From: Protoeuglena noctilucae
Taxonomy: Eukaryota
Assembly (NCBI GenBank): GCA_958009085.1
Contig: OY253688.1
Location: 248,001 to 312,000, forward strand
Direction of reading: 5' to 3'
DNA: 64,000 nucleotides
The notes under the pieces are model-generated. The model was not told the DNA's origin and did no database searches. It saw only the letters and a program-made list of their open reading frames with translations. Positions 62,227 to 64,000 of the stretch are shown piece by piece; position 1 is the stretch's first letter, and the number at the start of each line of letters is the position of its first letter. The translations under genes were made by a program, and so were the position numbers.

Positions 62227-64000
62227 TCACAGAGCCCCATTTCCCTCTCCTGCCCTGCCCCCCCGCAAGCGCTCAAGCTCGCCTCTCTCCAGAGGCGCCC
62301 AGCGCCCCGTCTTTTGCAAATCCAGCGACTCGCCGGGCTCGTCTCTCGCAGACCCATCCCCCATCTCCGCTCCGACCCCCTGCCCACCGCCTGCAGCCTT
62401 CTGGCCCTTCTTCCTGGCCCTCTTCGGCTGCCCCTTATCAAATGTGGTCGATCCAGAAAGCCCCTGATTGAGGACCTCTGTCAACTCCAGGCCGATCTCG
62501 TGGCCCAGAGACACCAGCGCCTCAGCTGTCCTCACCCGCAGCCAATGCGCCTGTGCCTCCGGACTGCGCCGACCCCGCCTTGCTCGACCCCGCGCCGCCC
62601 CCTGCTTTCCCGCGCGCAGCTCCTCGCTCGCAGAGGCAGTGGCGGCGCCGGGGGCCTGCAGCAGATCCCCGTCTGCGGCAGGCGCTGCAGCCGCGCCCTC
62701 CTTCGCAACCCCCTGCGTCAGGGCCGACCGCGTGCCAGAGACCACGCGCGCCTCCACGGCCGCCAGCTCAGAAGGGAGGAAGGCCTCGCGGGGTAGGAGG
62801 TGCTTGGAGAAGGCCTGGAGCACTGCGGACATATAGGAGCAGGCTTTGACTGCTAATCGTGGCAGTACAATATGTGAGACGTTCATTGACTCCACTTGCC
62901 TGGCACGAGCTCTTCGGGCCTGAAAGCCTCCAGGTTGGTCACGACGTGCTTTGCCCACAGATCCCTCGCCAGTGACTCGGACGGTTTGTAGCCCATGACG
63001 TGCCAGGAAGTCCTGCGAGTGGCAACGACATCGGGGCCTTATTGCGTGGCCAAGCTAGGCAAGGGCGCGCGGCAGAGGTGACGTGGAAGGTAGCGGCAGA
63101 GCAGGGCGCAGCGCACGTGATGCGGCGGACGGTGGTGACGTCCAGGGTCCCTCTGTGCGTGCCCAGTACCTCGGTGAGCCTAGCTTCTGCGGGGTATGAG
63201 CAGGGACGGAAGTGGGCAGGACGCGCACCAGCTGCCAGGCACCTCTACCCCATGCACCCGCGCCTCGCACCCATCTGCAGGAGCATGTCCTCCGGCACTC
63301 GGACCTTGAAGCTGTTGAGGAGGGCCAGGTGGCCCGCGATGGTCCCAGGCTGACCCACGCTGGACAGCTGGACGTGGAGGGCGGTCCAAGCCGCACGGAG
63401 GGACTCTTTGTCCGGGCTGTGCGACCAGTGCTGCCACAGACCCATGACGAGGTTGGCGGCCCCTGGGAACTGGTGGCAGGCACGGACCAAGACGGGCTCC
63501 GTGGCAGCCAGCACGGCGGGGGGCGCCTGGTGCCCAGAGACCCGCAGAGAGTTGAGCAGCGTCGCGACGGCCCGGGGCCCCAGGGCCGGGAGCGCCGGGC
63601 CCTTCAGCAAGCGCGTCGCGGCAGCCGCTGCTTGGGTCGACAGCGCGTGCCCCTGCCGAGAGAGGAACACGAGGGCACGTGCACACTCCGCCACCTCGAC
63701 CAGCGCCGCCTCCGCATCGATCTTCGACTGCCCTCGGAGCCTCGCGACCCACCCCAGCCCCCCCTGTGCGGCGCCGGTTGCCGTCCCCTTGCGCCCATGC
63801 TCGTCTGTCACTACTCTTGCACCCGCCTCCTCCTCCTCCTCCGCTGTGCTCTCCATTGCGGTCCCAGCTGGCATAGAGGCAGAAGCTTCCTCGTCACGCC
63901 GTGTCATACCACCCTGCTCCCCCACCCCCCGCCCCTGCCCTCTCAAGCCCTCCAGCTCCCCCACGCCACGCTCCAGATGCTGCAGCACCGCAAACTCGAG
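62227..64000 (-). CDS. Partial alpha-helical repeat protein (possibly OPR/RAP-like); 5' part lies outside the window
   Basis: Open frame to the window edge with helical-repeat-like segments PRAVATLLNSLRVSGHQAP, AANLVMGLWQHWSHSP, SHIVLPRLAV and SAVLQAFSKH. Family call is weak. Confidence 0.5.

Noticed and set aside
1..64000. Prokaryotic or mobile systems (CRISPR, operons, transposase, reverse transcriptase, viral insert)
   Set aside because: All recognisable genes are intron-containing eukaryotic genes. I saw no repeat-spacer arrays, TIR/LTR pairs or transposase/RT motifs.

Overview
This is GC-rich, gene-dense eukaryotic nuclear DNA with short spliceosomal introns (mostly 70-160 nt), so most entries in the six-frame track are shadow frames or exon fragments. 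Plastid-targeted genes (starch synthase II, RBD1 rubredoxin, CtpA, CLC-e/f) together with NAMPT point to a green alga with a compact genome; the class is not determinable from this window. I assembled 22 protein-coding genes by eye. In order: TEX2/Nvj2-like PH+SMP protein, NAMPT, a large degenerate-NDK-repeat protein resembling DNAAF8/Daap1, tropinone-reductase-like SDR, SEH1, a hypothetical, eIF4E, cytosine/pterin deaminase-like amidohydrolase, a hypothetical, TRAPPC10/Trs130, CLC, TSPO, SS2, a mitochondrial carrier, RBD1, WRN-type exonuclease, PAK1IP1/MAK11, DUF819, a GAF-PAS pseudokinase, a class III nucleotide cyclase, CtpA, and a partial helical-repeat protein. I saw no rRNA, tRNA, CRISPR array or transposon. 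The most notable observations are: a membrane cyclase with hybrid E/T specificity residues directly upstream of a myristoylated GAF-PAS pseudokinase; the algal DNAAF8-like pseudo-NDK protein; a deaminase fused to a Cys-rich module and a tail anchor; frequent GC-AG introns; and near-strict alternation of gene orientation. All family calls come from motif recognition without database searches, and several 5' ends are approximate.
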